In this document: positions 52,034 through 62,482 of the stretch, one piece after another | How the letters are laid out: every line of letters begins with the position of its first letter | Position numbering within the stretch: the first letter of the stretch is position 1 | From: Bacteroidia bacterium | GTDB lineage: Bacteria; Bacteroidota; Bacteroidia; AKYH767-A; OLB10 | NCBI GenBank assembly: GCA_020847635.1 | Contig: JADLBQ010000045.1 | Location: 41,377-105,376 of the forward strand | Length of the DNA stretch: 64,000 nt | Direction: 5' to 3' | Notes under the pieces: model-generated | The model's database searches: none | What the model was told of the DNA's origin: nothing | The model's input: only the letters and a program-made list of their open reading frames with translations | Program-made: the position numbers and the translations under genes

Positions 52034-52825
52034 TTAGCGGTAGAATATAGAGCTGACGATGCCTTGTAATTCATCAAATATCTCATAGTTACAGGCAATA
52101 ATCTCTTTCTCAAACAGATAGCCAGGCCCGCCTGAGAAATCACTGACCTTTCCGCCAGCCTGCTGCACAATAAAGGCACCTGCAGCCACATCCCATGGGT
52201 TCAGTCCATATTCATAAAATCCTTCAAACCTGCCAGCTGCCACATAGGCCAGATCAACTGCTGCCGAGCCTAACCTGCGAAGCCCATGCGTATGTTTCAT
52301 CAGATAATCAAAGACCTCCATGTATGGACCTACGCGTTCAAAGTTGTTGTATGGAAAACCGGTTGCAAGTAAGGATTTATTGAGTTGAGGAATTGTAGTA
52401 ACACGGATGGTCTGCCCGTTTAAGTATGCAGGGCTCCCTTTCCATGCATAAAACCGCTCATCCAGGTTAATTTCATAGATTACCCCCAGCATCAGTTCTG
52501 AATTTTCCAGAAGGGCAATGCTTACACAATAGCATGGAACACCATGCAGGAAATTTGTGGTTCCGTCAATGGGGTCTATCACCCATCTGAATTGGTTACT
52601 GGCCTGCCGAATGGTATTTTCTTCAGTTAGGAAACCGGCACCGGGTATCAAAGGAGCTAATCCTTCAACAATCATGCGTTCTGCTTCACGGTCAACATAG
52701 CTGACCAGGTCATTAAACCCTTTGTATTCAATATCACCTGAACGGATTTTATTTTGCTCACCTGCAATAAAGTTTCCTGCTAGTTCAGCAATTCTGATTA
52801 CCTGGTCACAAAGTTGACGGGTCAT
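52034..52825 (-). CDS. suhB: Inositol monophosphatase family protein
   Basis: Motifs are WVIDPIDGTTNF and WDVAAG. Length is 263 aa. Confidence 0.85.
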   Translation of the reverse strand: MTRQLCDQVIRIAELAGNFIAGEQNKIRSGDIEYKGFNDLVSYVDREAERMIVEGLAPLIPGAGFLTEENTIRQASNQFRWVIDPIDGTTNFLHGVPCYCVSIALLENSELMLGVIYEINLDERFYAWKGSPAYLNGQTIRVTTIPQLNKSLLATGFPYNNFERVGPYMEVFDYLMKHTHGLRRLGSAAVDLAYVAAGRFEGFYEYGLNPWDVAAGAFIVQQAGGKVSDFSGGPGYLFEKEIIACNYEIFDELQGIVSSIFYR

Positions 52826-53970
52826 GTTGCAATCATGCTTTTAGTTTTTCTGAAATACCAGATTCCAGCCACACCTGCAATAAAAAGACAAACCGAAATT
52901 ATCTCTGCCTGAGTGATACCATGGCCGAAAATATGATACTGCGTGTTTACCCTGATTTTTTCAATGAAAAACCGTTCCACACCATTCATAATTAAATAAA
53001 TTGAGAAGAGCAGGCCGGGAATTTGGATCTTCTTTCTTAAAAACCATAAAATAAAAAACAATACAATACAGGTAATTGCTTCGTAGAGAGGGGTCGGGAA
53101 TACAGCTTCTGGTAACATCATGCAATGCCTGCCGGCACATCCGGGAATCGGAATTCCTTCATTGATGACATTATGCGGGTAATTATACGCCCAGGCCCAG
53201 TCAGGAATAATAGCAGGTTTGGGCAGGTTATTTACGATTCCCCAGTCGCCATCACCACTGATGTGGCAGCCGATACGGCCTGTTCCATAAGCCAGCATTA
53301 ATCCCGGAGCGGCTGAGTCAATTAATGGTTTCCAACTGATCTTGTTTTTATTACCATACCACAGTACTGCTGCCGTACCGCAAATCAATCCTCCGTACAT
53401 GGTAAGGCCACTGAATGAGAGTAGGGATCCAACCGGATCACTTATCAGTTCATCTAAATTCTCCAGGTTATGAAAAATCTTTGCACCAATCAGGCCGGCA
53501 ACGGCTGCCAGCATGGTTATGTTACCAGTTAGCTGATACGGGTGAATTTTTTCTTCCACCCATTTCGGCTCATGCTGTTTTTTCTGTTTCAAGCTTCGGT
53601 ATTTTGAATAAACACCTGCAATTGCAACTGCCAGTCCGGCCAGGATATTGCCCTTAGCCGACAGCAAGACTCCCTGAGTGTCTTCTACAAAGGAAGAATA
53701 ATTAAGAATGATATAAACCAGTTTAAAACCAATAATAAACCACACAATAAAGGAAAAGATGTAATCGGTTGATGATGGTTTCTTTCCTTGGAGGGTTTTC
53801 CGGATAACAGGGGTAAGCAATCCTTGCTGTTCCTTTCTTTTTAGTTCAAGTGTTAATGTCCATGCAGCAAGCAAAAAGGAAATTGCAAGCATGAATCCGA
53901 AACTCTGAATTGGAAGTGGAATAGTTACTCCAAACAGATCATAAAGTAAATCAGAAAGGGTCGGGTACAT
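52822..53970 (-). CDS. lgt: Prolipoprotein diacylglyceryl transferase (long Bacteroidota form)
   Basis: It is polytopic, with Lgt-like blocks (IQSFGFMLAISFL, GRIGCHISGDG, HPTPLYE-like FPTPLYEA). It overlaps the suhB-like gene by 4 nt. Confidence 0.7.
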   Translation of the reverse strand: MYPTLSDLLYDLFGVTIPLPIQSFGFMLAISFLLAAWTLTLELKRKEQQGLLTPVIRKTLQGKKPSSTDYIFSFIVWFIIGFKLVYIILNYSSFVEDTQGVLLSAKGNILAGLAVAIAGVYSKYRSLKQKKQHEPKWVEEKIHPYQLTGNITMLAAVAGLIGAKIFHNLENLDELISDPVGSLLSFSGLTMYGGLICGTAAVLWYGNKNKISWKPLIDSAAPGLMLAYGTGRIGCHISGDGDWGIVNNLPKPAIIPDWAWAYNYPHNVINEGIPIPGCAGRHCMMLPEAVFPTPLYEAITCIVLFFILWFLRKKIQIPGLLFSIYLIMNGVERFFIEKIRVNTQYHIFGHGITQAEIISVCLFIAGVAGIWYFRKTKSMIAT

Positions 53971-54023
53971 GAATAGAATTCAGGATTTAGATTCAATAAA
54001 AAGTCATAACAGTAAGTCTTCCT

Positions 54024-55310
54024 TCAGGATAATTCTGCCATTTCAGGTTCATATTCAATTTCAATAATGCTGTTGACTTTATTTTCGTCATAAGGAGCTG
54101 AAATACGGATATAGTTTTCTGAATATCCTTCCATCAGGCCATTGTGATTTGAGTTTTCAAAAAGCACTTTTAGTTTTCTGCCTTGATTTTTTTCTCTGAA
54201 TTGCCGGTTCAGCTTTTCAGATAATGCTCTTAATTTAGCTGTCCGCTCCTTTCGGACTCTGTAAGGAACTACCCCGTCAAGCAAAAGAGCATGTGTATGA
54301 TCCCGTTCCGAATAAGTAAATACATGAAGGTAGGACATGCCGAGCTTCTCAATGAAATTATAAGTCTGTTGGAAATCTTCTTCTGTTTCACCTGCAAAAC
54401 CGGTAATGACATCGCCTCCAATTGCTGCATAGGGTATAAGACTTTTAATTTTCTCAACTTTAGAGGCATACAAGCCTGAACGGTATCTTCTTCGCATCCG
54501 GTTCAGTATCCGGTCTGAACCGCTTTGCAGCGGAATATGAAAGTGAGGCATGAATTTTTTTGACTGAGCAACAAATCTGATGATTTCATCGCTGACTAAA
54601 TTGGGTTCAATGGAAGAAATTCTGAATCTTTCAATTCCATCTGATTTTTCTAATTCATGAAGCAAGTCGGTGAAAGAGATCTTTTTTTCATTTTCATAAT
54701 AATAGAAATCTCCAATATTTACTCCGGTAAGAACAACTTCTTTCACACCTCGCAGAGCAAGCTCATCAATTTCTTTCAGAATATTGCTGATGGAGTTACT
54801 GCGGCTTTTACCTCGGGCAAGTGGTATGGTGCAATACGAGCAGTTGTAATCACATCCGTCCTGAATTTTAAGAAAAGCCCGGGTTCTTGTCTCGTCTGAA
54901 TGGGCTGCTATAAATTTCTCAACCGATTCAATATCGCATGACATGATAACCGCTTTGTCATTCTTCTTTAGTTTAATCTCCTGAATAAAACTAAATTTAC
55001 TGCTGGCACCTACAACCATATCTACACCATCAAAACCTGCAATCTTTTCAGGCTTAAGCTGGGCATAACAGCCGATAACAGCAATAAATGCATCCGGATT
55101 TTTCTTCATTGCCCGGTTTATCATGGTTTTGCACTCTTTATCAGCATTCTCAGTAACCGAGCAGGTATTAATCACATAAACATCAGCAGATCCGTCAAAC
55201 GATACCTTATTATATCCTGCTTTTTCAAACTCTTTAGCTATTGCACCGGTTTCAGTATAATTCAGTTTACAGCCTAATGTATGGAAAGCAACAGTGGGAT
55301 GACAATTCAT
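54024..55310 (-). CDS. mtaB: Radical-SAM methylthiotransferase, MtaB-type
   Basis: The N-terminal UPF0004 domain has HTLGCKLNYTE. The radical SAM motif is CDYNCSYCTIP. Length is 428 aa. Confidence 0.75.
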   Translation of the reverse strand: MNCHPTVAFHTLGCKLNYTETGAIAKEFEKAGYNKVSFDGSADVYVINTCSVTENADKECKTMINRAMKKNPDAFIAVIGCYAQLKPEKIAGFDGVDMVVGASSKFSFIQEIKLKKNDKAVIMSCDIESVEKFIAAHSDETRTRAFLKIQDGCDYNCSYCTIPLARGKSRSNSISNILKEIDELALRGVKEVVLTGVNIGDFYYYENEKKISFTDLLHELEKSDGIERFRISSIEPNLVSDEIIRFVAQSKKFMPHFHIPLQSGSDRILNRMRRRYRSGLYASKVEKIKSLIPYAAIGGDVITGFAGETEEDFQQTYNFIEKLGMSYLHVFTYSERDHTHALLLDGVVPYRVRKERTAKLRALSEKLNRQFREKNQGRKLKVLFENSNHNGLMEGYSENYIRISAPYDENKVNSIIEIEYEPEMAELS

Positions 55311-55321
55311 AAATTGAGATG

Positions 55322-55329
55322 CAAATGTA
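55322..55329 (-). promoter_or_regulatory. Candidate -7 promoter box (TACATTTG on the minus strand) for mtaB
   Basis: It matches TAnnTTTG exactly, 11 nt upstream of the ATG. Confidence 0.35.
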
Positions 55330-55369
55330 ATTCAGTTAGCTGAATCGCTGTTTGATGAGAAGACTTCGC

Positions 55370-55377
55370 TAATTTTG
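55370..55377 (+). promoter_or_regulatory. Candidate -7 promoter box TAATTTTG for cmk
   Basis: It matches TAnnTTTG exactly. A TTTG lies at 55351-55354, and the ATG is 27 nt downstream. Confidence 0.4.
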
Positions 55378-55404
55378 CAACAATTCATTTTTGTTTGCTA
55401 CAAA

Positions 55405-56130
55405 ATGAAAACCAATCTCATTATTGCAATTGATGGATATTCTTCCTGTGGTAAGAGTACATTGGCCAAAGCACTGGCAGCCCGCCTTCAACTCATTTAT
55501 GTCGACTCAGGAGCTATGTACAGAGGAATAACCTGGTATTTCCTGGAAAATAAAATTCCTGTTCCGCTGGCTGATGAACTTGATGTACTGAATTATGACT
55601 ATTCTGAGATTCTACAACCGGTTGAAATTGCATTTCAAATTAATCGTGCAAGCGGTAGATCTGAAATTGTATTGAATGGTCAAAATATAGAAAATCAAAT
55701 CCGTAACCTGGAAGTTTCAAAATGGGTCAGTCATGTTAGTGCTATTAAAGAAGTGAGGGAGAAACTTGTTACCATTCAGCAAGGATTAGGTAAAAAGGGC
55801 GGAATTGTTATGGATGGAAGAGATATCGGAACAACGGTATTCCCACATGCTGATTTTAAAATATTCATGACGGCAGAAGTTGGAATCAGGGCTAAAAGAA
55901 GATTTCAGGAATTGAAAGAAAAGGGAGTTAATACTTCTTATAATGAAATATTAAAAAATATTACCGAACGGGATTATGAGGATACTAACAGAAAAGTTAG
56001 TCCGCTTCGAAAAGCCAAGGACGCTATTGAATTAAACAACACCCATTTAGATGAAAACGAACAACTGGAATTTGTCCTTAAAAAGCTCGAACAAAAAAAC
56101 CTGATTGAGACCAGACACTTAACAAAATAA
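55405..56130 (+). CDS. cmk: Cytidylate kinase
   Basis: The P-loop is IAIDGYSSCGKST, and DSGAMYR and MDGRDIGT are present. The ATG at 55405 is preferred over the TTG at 55375. Confidence 0.9.
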   Translation: MKTNLIIAIDGYSSCGKSTLAKALAARLQLIYVDSGAMYRGITWYFLENKIPVPLADELDVLNYDYSEILQPVEIAFQINRASGRSEIVLNGQNIENQIRNLEVSKWVSHVSAIKEVREKLVTIQQGLGKKGGIVMDGRDIGTTVFPHADFKIFMTAEVGIRAKRRFQELKEKGVNTSYNEILKNITERDYEDTNRKVSPLRKAKDAIELNNTHLDENEQLEFVLKKLEQKNLIETRHLTK

Positions 56131-56134
56131 CAAA

Positions 56135-56602
56135 ATGAAATTAACGTATTTACTTTTAATTCTTGTTGTTTTTGCAGGAGGATGCAAAACCACAAAGCTG
56201 GGAGATACTGAAACTGCCAACAATCCCGAACGTCAAATCACAGACTATAGCTCACTGGATGCCGGACCCTCAGAGAGTGTTCAGTCAGTTGAAATGAAAG
56301 ACAAGCTCAAACAAACAAAATGGCGCCTTATTGTTTCCTTTATCAGTATTGGTGAAGGAACAGATCTTGCTGCTCAAGAACAATTTGATAAATATATAGA
56401 TGAATGGAGAAAGAACAAGGGTATGAATGTCAGTTATCTTTCTGTCCCATGGGGAAGAGAAGGTGAAGTTGATTTCTGTTTCAGACTGGATGAAATGGAT
56501 TCATCCTTGTCAGCACAATTTATCAGCGGAATGAAAGACCGGCTGAAAGGGTCTTCACTGATTCGTATTTCTGAATATGAACAATGCCGGAATATGAGGT
56601 AG
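56135..56602 (+). CDS. Hypothetical lipoprotein
   Basis: The lipobox is VFAGGC. I recognise no family. The start lies 4 nt after the cmk stop. Confidence 0.5.
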   Translation: MKLTYLLLILVVFAGGCKTTKLGDTETANNPERQITDYSSLDAGPSESVQSVEMKDKLKQTKWRLIVSFISIGEGTDLAAQEQFDKYIDEWRKNKGMNVSYLSVPWGREGEVDFCFRLDEMDSSLSAQFISGMKDRLKGSSLIRISEYEQCRNMR

Positions 56603-56651
56603 GCAGACTACCTACTAAATTTTATTTTACTTTGCAATCAAAATCAATAAT

Positions 56652-58265
56652 ATGAATGAATTCGGATTGAAAAATCCTTCAGCAAATCTGGCTGATATAG
56701 GTTTACAAAATGTTGATTCAGCATTCTGGAATCTCTCCCCTGCTGAATTAGTTGAAGAAACAATAATTCTTGGTCAGGGTGAATTGACGGATACAGGTGC
56801 TTTGGCTGTTGATACCGGTGAGTTCAAAGGCCGGGCACCCAAAGATAAATTTACCGTCTGTGATAATGAAACTGAGAAATCAGTCTGGTGGGGTGATATT
56901 AATATTAAACTTAACTCAGAAACATTTGATCATCTGCATAAAAGATTGTGTGCTTATTTTACCAATCGTGAAGTTTATGTTCGTGATTGTTATGCATGTG
57001 CAGACCCGCGTTACCGGTTAAATCTTCGTGTAGTTACAGAAACACCCTGGCATAATTTGTTTGCCTACAATTTATTTTTAAGGCCAACAACTGAAGAAAT
57101 TAAGACACAACAGCCTGATTGGGTCATCATTAACGCACCAGGATTCAGGTCGGATCCGAAGTTCGATAACACCAGACAGCACAATTTTGCTGCAATTAAT
57201 TTCAGCAAAAAGATGGTGATTATCGGGGGTACAGGTTATACCGGTGAAATCAAAAAGGGAATTTTTTCGGTCTTGAATTATATTCTTCCTCATCATAAAG
57301 GAGTATTGTCAATGCATTGTTCAGCTAACATAGGTGAGAAGGGCGACACTGCCTTGTTCTTTGGTTTATCCGGTACTGGTAAAACCACTTTAAGTGCAGA
57401 TCCCCACCGCGCTTTGATTGGCGATGATGAACATGGATGGAGTGATGAGTCGGTATTCAATTTTGAAGGAGGCTGTTATGCTAAATGTGTCAATCTGTCT
57501 AAAGAGAAGGAACCCCAGATTTTTAATGCGGTCCGGTTTGGAGCATTAATAGAAAATACTGAGTTCTACCCGGGCACTACCACTGTGGATTATGACAATG
57601 TCTCAAAGACAGAAAATACCCGCGTTGCTTATCCAATTCACTTTATTGAGAATGCGGTAGAATCCAGTATGGGTGGTCCTCCTAAGAATATATTCTTTCT
57701 TACCTGTGATGCGTTCGGTGTGTTACCTCCAATATCAAAATTAACCAATGAGCAGGCAATGTATCATTTTATTTCAGGATATACGGCTAAGGTTGCCGGG
57801 ACCGAAGTGGGAATTAAAGAACCTACAACAACCTTTTCAGCTTGTTTTGGAAAGGTGTTTCTGCCATTACATCCTGCACGTTATGCAGAATTGCTTGGCA
57901 AAAAAATATCAAAAGGTAAAGTGAATGTTTGGCTGGTTAATACCGGCTGGACAGGTGGTACTTATGGTGTAGGTGAAAGAATGAAGCTTCATCTTACCCG
58001 GGCTATGATTTCAGCAGCTATTAATGGTGAACTGGATAGCGTTAAATATGAAACCTTACCGGTCTTCGGCCTGAAATATCCTGCAACCTGTCCGAATGTG
58101 CCATCTGAAGTTTTAAATCCAAGAACAACCTGGAAGGATAAAGCAGCTTACGACCGGAAAGCAGTTGAGCTTGCCGGTCAGTTTATTAAGAATTTTGAAC
58201 AGTATACTGACGGAACCAGCGAAGAAATACTGTCTGCTGCTCCGGTTGTTCCGCAGGAAGCCTGA
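56652..58265 (+). CDS. pckA: Phosphoenolpyruvate carboxykinase (ATP)
   Basis: The kinase-1a motif is GLSGTGKTTLS, and IGDDEHGW is present. Length is 537 aa. Confidence 0.95.
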   Translation: MNEFGLKNPSANLADIGLQNVDSAFWNLSPAELVEETIILGQGELTDTGALAVDTGEFKGRAPKDKFTVCDNETEKSVWWGDINIKLNSETFDHLHKRLCAYFTNREVYVRDCYACADPRYRLNLRVVTETPWHNLFAYNLFLRPTTEEIKTQQPDWVIINAPGFRSDPKFDNTRQHNFAAINFSKKMVIIGGTGYTGEIKKGIFSVLNYILPHHKGVLSMHCSANIGEKGDTALFFGLSGTGKTTLSADPHRALIGDDEHGWSDESVFNFEGGCYAKCVNLSKEKEPQIFNAVRFGALIENTEFYPGTTTVDYDNVSKTENTRVAYPIHFIENAVESSMGGPPKNIFFLTCDAFGVLPPISKLTNEQAMYHFISGYTAKVAGTEVGIKEPTTTFSACFGKVFLPLHPARYAELLGKKISKGKVNVWLVNTGWTGGTYGVGERMKLHLTRAMISAAINGELDSVKYETLPVFGLKYPATCPNVPSEVLNPRTTWKDKAAYDRKAVELAGQFIKNFEQYTDGTSEEILSAAPVVPQEA

Positions 58266-58378
58266 TTTATTGATCCCGGTATGTTTTATTTACCGGTATT
58301 CTGCGTATCTAATAATCATTATTCAGCCTGCATCAAAGTCCGGATAATTTGGTTCCGGATAAACAACATCAGGATTTT

Positions 58379-59020
58379 TTACCTTTTGAAAGCAATCATT
58401 AAACCATCACGAATCGGCAGTAATACGGACTGAAATCGTTTATCATTCTTAACCAACCTGACATACCGAGTCAGAATCTGCGTCTCTTCATCTTGTTGAT
58501 TAATGGGCTTAAGTACATTGCCGCTCCATAAAACATTATCTGCAATAATTAGCCCACCGGCATTGATCCTGTTTGCCACCAGATTGAAGTAATTGATATA
58601 GTTTACTTTATCGGCATCAATAAAAACAAGATCGAAAGTTCCTTTAATTTTGGGGATAATTGAATTAGCATCTCCAATATGCAGGCAGATTTTATTTTCA
58701 GCTTGGGCTTTTTTAATGTATTTCGTAATAATGGTTTCCCGTTCTTCATCAATGTCAATGGTATGTAAAAGGCCATCTGGCTGTAACCCTTCAGCAAGGC
58801 ATAATGCTGAATATCCCGTAAAAGAGCCGATTTCTAAAATCAGTTTGGGTTTTACAAGTTTACTAAAAAGCGACAGCAGCCTTCCCTGCAGATGACCTGA
58901 AAGCATTCTTGGCTGAATGATGTGAGCTTGTGTCTCACGATTTAGCTCTGCTAATACAGGAGATTCATCCTCGGTAAACAGTGCTGCATACGCTTCAATT
59001 TCTTCTGACAATAAATTCAT
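58379..59020 (-). CDS. Class I SAM-dependent O-methyltransferase (caffeoyl-CoA OMT / YrrM-like)
   Basis: Motifs are ILEIGSFTGYSALCLA and DLVFIDADK. Length is 213 aa. Confidence 0.8.
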   Translation of the reverse strand: MNLLSEEIEAYAALFTEDESPVLAELNRETQAHIIQPRMLSGHLQGRLLSLFSKLVKPKLILEIGSFTGYSALCLAEGLQPDGLLHTIDIDEERETIITKYIKKAQAENKICLHIGDANSIIPKIKGTFDLVFIDADKVNYINYFNLVANRINAGGLIIADNVLWSGNVLKPINQQDEETQILTRYVRLVKNDKRFQSVLLPIRDGLMIAFKR

Positions 59021-59040
59021 GATTTTGATTTTAACATAGT

Positions 59041-60501
59041 TTATCGAAAAACCAGACTTCTCAATGAAGGAAACTCATCGAGCCGGGAAAAGTTTTTAAA
59101 ACCTTTTGATTCTGCCATGTGAAAATCATTTAATGCCTGGTTAGCATTCCCTTTGCTGGCCTGAAAAGCTGCTGAAAGTAACCAAGCCTCAGAATTATCA
59201 GGCTCAGCGGTTTTGTAAATAAAAAGTATTCTCGCAGCATCATCAGAATCAGAGGCCAGCAATTGCCGGGAATAAGAATAGGCAGCAATTCCGATGAATC
59301 CCAACAGGCGTTTGTACATGGCTGTCTCCATCTTGCTCTTTTTATTTTGAGAGGATGCCGTTAATTCAGCCAGCTCTAACTTCCACCAGGTGGTGTCCTG
59401 TGTTGAAAATGCTTCATTCAGCAAATGCTGAATAGCTTTTTCATGGCTAAATATATTTTGCTGTTTTATTTTAAATCTGTGGCAGGCTTCCGATTGCTCC
59501 GTTACAATGAGTTTTTTTTCCCATTCAGAAACCCGGTTTGATCGCTTAAAAATATTGATTGCATTGGTTAATATTTTCTGTAATAAAACAGAGTCTTCCG
59601 ATTTTTCAATCTGTTGAATTTTCTGCTCCCATTCATTTCTCCAGGCATTAATGACCGAATCAGAGGTGGTTGCTTCTGATATTTCATTGCTAAGTAACTG
59701 AAATTGTATTGCTTCCCTCATTGCTGATTCATCCGGCCATTGATGAGCTCCTGTTGTTTCAATAAAGAGATGATTCTGTTGGCTCACAGATTGATTAAAA
59801 GTTAACATCTGATGGTAATTGAAATCTTCCGTTCCGGCTATTGAAACGATATTTAATGAGGGAGTGATTCTGTTTGGATCAATTGTACCGCCCGAACAGG
59901 TAATCAATCCTGAGAGTTTAGAATAGTTCATTGCCAACTGGCAGGCAACCTGTCCTCCTCCTGAGAATCCTGCTACAATCTGAATTTCACGGTTAACCGG
60001 AAGATACATTGCACAATTATCAATCATTTGTTGGGCTAATACCAAAGAATTTTGAATCAGCATTCCATTTTCAATACTGTTGCAACCAATCAGAATAAGG
60101 TTAAATTCATCAGCAAGTTTCTTATATGTTGCAACAGGTAGTTTACCGTCTGCATGAGGATCAAAAAAGTAAACCACCGGCAGGTTTGTTCTAAAGTGGT
60201 TATCAACCGGGTAATAGACCGAATAGGATACAAATGGGTTTGTTGTAGTATTGACATTCATAATCTTACCAGGCACAATTCTGCCCATTCCTCGGCTAAG
60301 ATTTTCCGGAACAGGATTATCCGATGTAATTATTTTTTTGTTATTCTGATTGACTTCCTGGCAGGATTCAGAAAACAACAAGAGGACACATGTCGGAAGA
60401 AAAAAGAAAAAAATCAGATTGCCCTTTTGATTCAGCAGGTTGAATAAAAAAAGTGCCTTAATTTTTGTTATCAAAAGCGCCATGCTATAAATTCTGTACA
60501 C
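59041..60501 (-). CDS. Putative alpha/beta-hydrolase with a C-terminal helical (TPR-like) region
   Basis: It has an N-terminal hydrophobic anchor and the nucleophile-elbow-like motif GFSGGGQ. The C-terminal half is helical. An alternative ATG at 60483 would remove the 17-nt overlap. Confidence 0.45.
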   Translation of the reverse strand: MYRIYSMALLITKIKALFLFNLLNQKGNLIFFFFLPTCVLLLFSESCQEVNQNNKKIITSDNPVPENLSRGMGRIVPGKIMNVNTTTNPFVSYSVYYPVDNHFRTNLPVVYFFDPHADGKLPVATYKKLADEFNLILIGCNSIENGMLIQNSLVLAQQMIDNCAMYLPVNREIQIVAGFSGGGQVACQLAMNYSKLSGLITCSGGTIDPNRITPSLNIVSIAGTEDFNYHQMLTFNQSVSQQNHLFIETTGAHQWPDESAMREAIQFQLLSNEISEATTSDSVINAWRNEWEQKIQQIEKSEDSVLLQKILTNAINIFKRSNRVSEWEKKLIVTEQSEACHRFKIKQQNIFSHEKAIQHLLNEAFSTQDTTWWKLELAELTASSQNKKSKMETAMYKRLLGFIGIAAYSYSRQLLASDSDDAARILFIYKTAEPDNSEAWLLSAAFQASKGNANQALNDFHMAESKGFKNFSRLDEFPSLRSLVFR

Positions 60502-61969
60502 GGTTCAGGCCGGTTTGAGCTTTTTGATCAATGCTGTTCTGATATTCATGACCATTCATGTCAAGACATTGGTTGTAATAATAGGCTGCTTTTTCCAATT
60601 GGTTTTCCCGCTCATATAGTTGCCCTAACAACAAGGCAGAATTCGCAGCAAAATACCAGGTTTTATTTCTGCTCAGCCGTATTACTTCCATATAATGACG
60701 CTTTGCCTTTTCATGATCACTCAACCTGTCATACACGCGGGCAAGCCGATAAAGGTATTCAACCTGGTCTTTCAGTTTTGTAAGCTCAGTTGTTTTAACA
60801 TATGCTAAAATTTTAAAGGCCTCAGGGTAGTAACCTCCATCAAACAAAAGCCTTGATTTAAGTAGGGAAGGATTGGGAATAAGTCCTGATCGCGCTTCTG
60901 TCAATGCCTGCTTATCTTCGTCTGTCAGATCACCTCTTGCATTTATTATTTCTTTCATTCTTTGGTGATAGGCAACAGTATCACCCTGCAATAGTTCACT
61001 CCACCCGGCTTTAAGCAGCGATGCACGGATAAAACTGGTTCCTCTAAACTCACGAAGATAATTTCCAAAATAAACCAATGCTGAAGGATCAGCTTTATTT
61101 AGTAAGGCTGTTCCAAGCATATATTCAAGATAAGGAACTTTGAATTTACCAGGTACAGTCGTTCTCCCGATCAACAATTCAATGAGTTTGTCATTCTTTC
61201 CAATATTCGAGAGAATGCTGGCAGAGGCAAACAGCAGTAAGGGATTGGCTGAACCACGCATTGCTTCTGTCCACTGCATTGCTTTTGCAGGATCATTTGC
61301 TAGGTGCGTTGACAGAAAGCTATTGAGAAAAAGCAGCTCATCATTCAGGTAATGGAGAGCGTTATCTGTTTTACAGATCAGTTGCAGATTTTCTAGTTCA
61401 CTCAGGCCCTTTTCAATACTTCCCTTAAATCCTAAAAAGGAAATAAGCCATTGGTAATTTTTTGGGACTGCACCAATGAGTGTATAGATAACTCCAGCAG
61501 TTTTTTTATTCTGAATAAACTGTGGATATTTAATCATGTTCAGTTCAATCAGTTTATATGATTTACGGAATTCAATCCCTGCACCCATCATTTCATTGAA
61601 TTTGACTTTTAGGACGGCATGCGTAAAACTGGCTTCACTTTTCAGCATAAGCGGATAGGGGGAAAGGTCTTCATCTCCGCTTTTAATCTGGTTAAGCAAA
61701 TCAGTTTTTGTTCTCTTGAACGATTCGTAATACTGTTGTTCTTCAGTAATAAAAGTTTTCAGAAAATACAGTTTCAGTTCAATATAGGCCGGAATCAGGT
61801 TGTGGGGATTGATCTTCTTTTCTTTATCAATTAATTGAAGTGCCTGATCAAAATTGAGAGCCATCGTTGCAGAATAGGCATTTCTACAGGTTACATTAAA
61901 ATCATAAACAGAAGCTGATCCGGTGAGGAACGAAAGTTGAAAAATAATTATTACAAACAAGAGCTTCAC
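60485..61969 (-). CDS. Secreted all-helical TPR-like protein
   Basis: It has a signal peptide and TPR-like helical repeats throughout. I make no specific family call. Confidence 0.5.
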   Translation of the reverse strand: MKLLFVIIIFQLSFLTGSASVYDFNVTCRNAYSATMALNFDQALQLIDKEKKINPHNLIPAYIELKLYFLKTFITEEQQYYESFKRTKTDLLNQIKSGDEDLSPYPLMLKSEASFTHAVLKVKFNEMMGAGIEFRKSYKLIELNMIKYPQFIQNKKTAGVIYTLIGAVPKNYQWLISFLGFKGSIEKGLSELENLQLICKTDNALHYLNDELLFLNSFLSTHLANDPAKAMQWTEAMRGSANPLLLFASASILSNIGKNDKLIELLIGRTTVPGKFKVPYLEYMLGTALLNKADPSALVYFGNYLREFRGTSFIRASLLKAGWSELLQGDTVAYHQRMKEIINARGDLTDEDKQALTEARSGLIPNPSLLKSRLLFDGGYYPEAFKILAYVKTTELTKLKDQVEYLYRLARVYDRLSDHEKAKRHYMEVIRLSRNKTWYFAANSALLLGQLYERENQLEKAAYYYNQCLDMNGHEYQNSIDQKAQTGLNRVQNL

Positions 61970-62008
61970 AAGTGCAAAACTAATTGGAATACTTTTAGTT
62001 TTGTGGGC

Positions 62009-62482
62009 ATGAATCCCGAACAGAAACCGACAGTGATCGCATCAAATAAAAAAGCCGGTTTTGAATATCATATTGAACAAAAATGGGAAGCAGGTATTCA
62101 GCTTACAGGAACCGAGATTAAGTCGGTAAGACAAAAGCAGGTAAATATTAATGATGCCTGGTGCGCTTTTAACGGAGATGAGTTGTGGGTTAAAGGGATG
62201 CACATTGCTCATTACAAGGAAGGGACGTTATACAATCATGAAGAAAAACGAGATCGCAAACTGCTGTTGAAAAAAAGTGAACTCAGCAGACTGAAGGCTA
62301 AGTCAAAGGAGAAAGGCTTTACAATTATTCCGTTGCGTGTTTATTTAAGTCTGCGATGCCATGCAAAACTTGAGATTGCCCTTGCAAAGGGTAAAAAAAT
62401 CTTTGATAAAAGGCAGGATATAAAAAAGCGGGATGCTGACAGGGAAATGAAAAGAGCTGAAAAAAGTTATTCCAGAAGGTAA
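62009..62482 (+). CDS. smpB: SsrA-binding protein
   Basis: NKKAGFEYHI, GTEIKS and the basic C-terminal tail are present. The ATG at 62009 is preferred over the longer ORF from 61937. Confidence 0.9.
   Translation: MNPEQKPTVIASNKKAGFEYHIEQKWEAGIQLTGTEIKSVRQKQVNINDAWCAFNGDELWVKGMHIAHYKEGTLYNHEEKRDRKLLLKKSELSRLKAKSKEKGFTIIPLRVYLSLRCHAKLEIALAKGKKIFDKRQDIKKRDADREMKRAEKSYSRR

Noticed and set aside
58276-58296. A hairpin CCGGTA-(9 nt)-TACCGG between the convergent pckA and OMT genes, as a possible bidirectional terminator
   Set aside because: The stem is 6 bp and there is no U-tract on either strand, so the call is not supportable from sequence alone.
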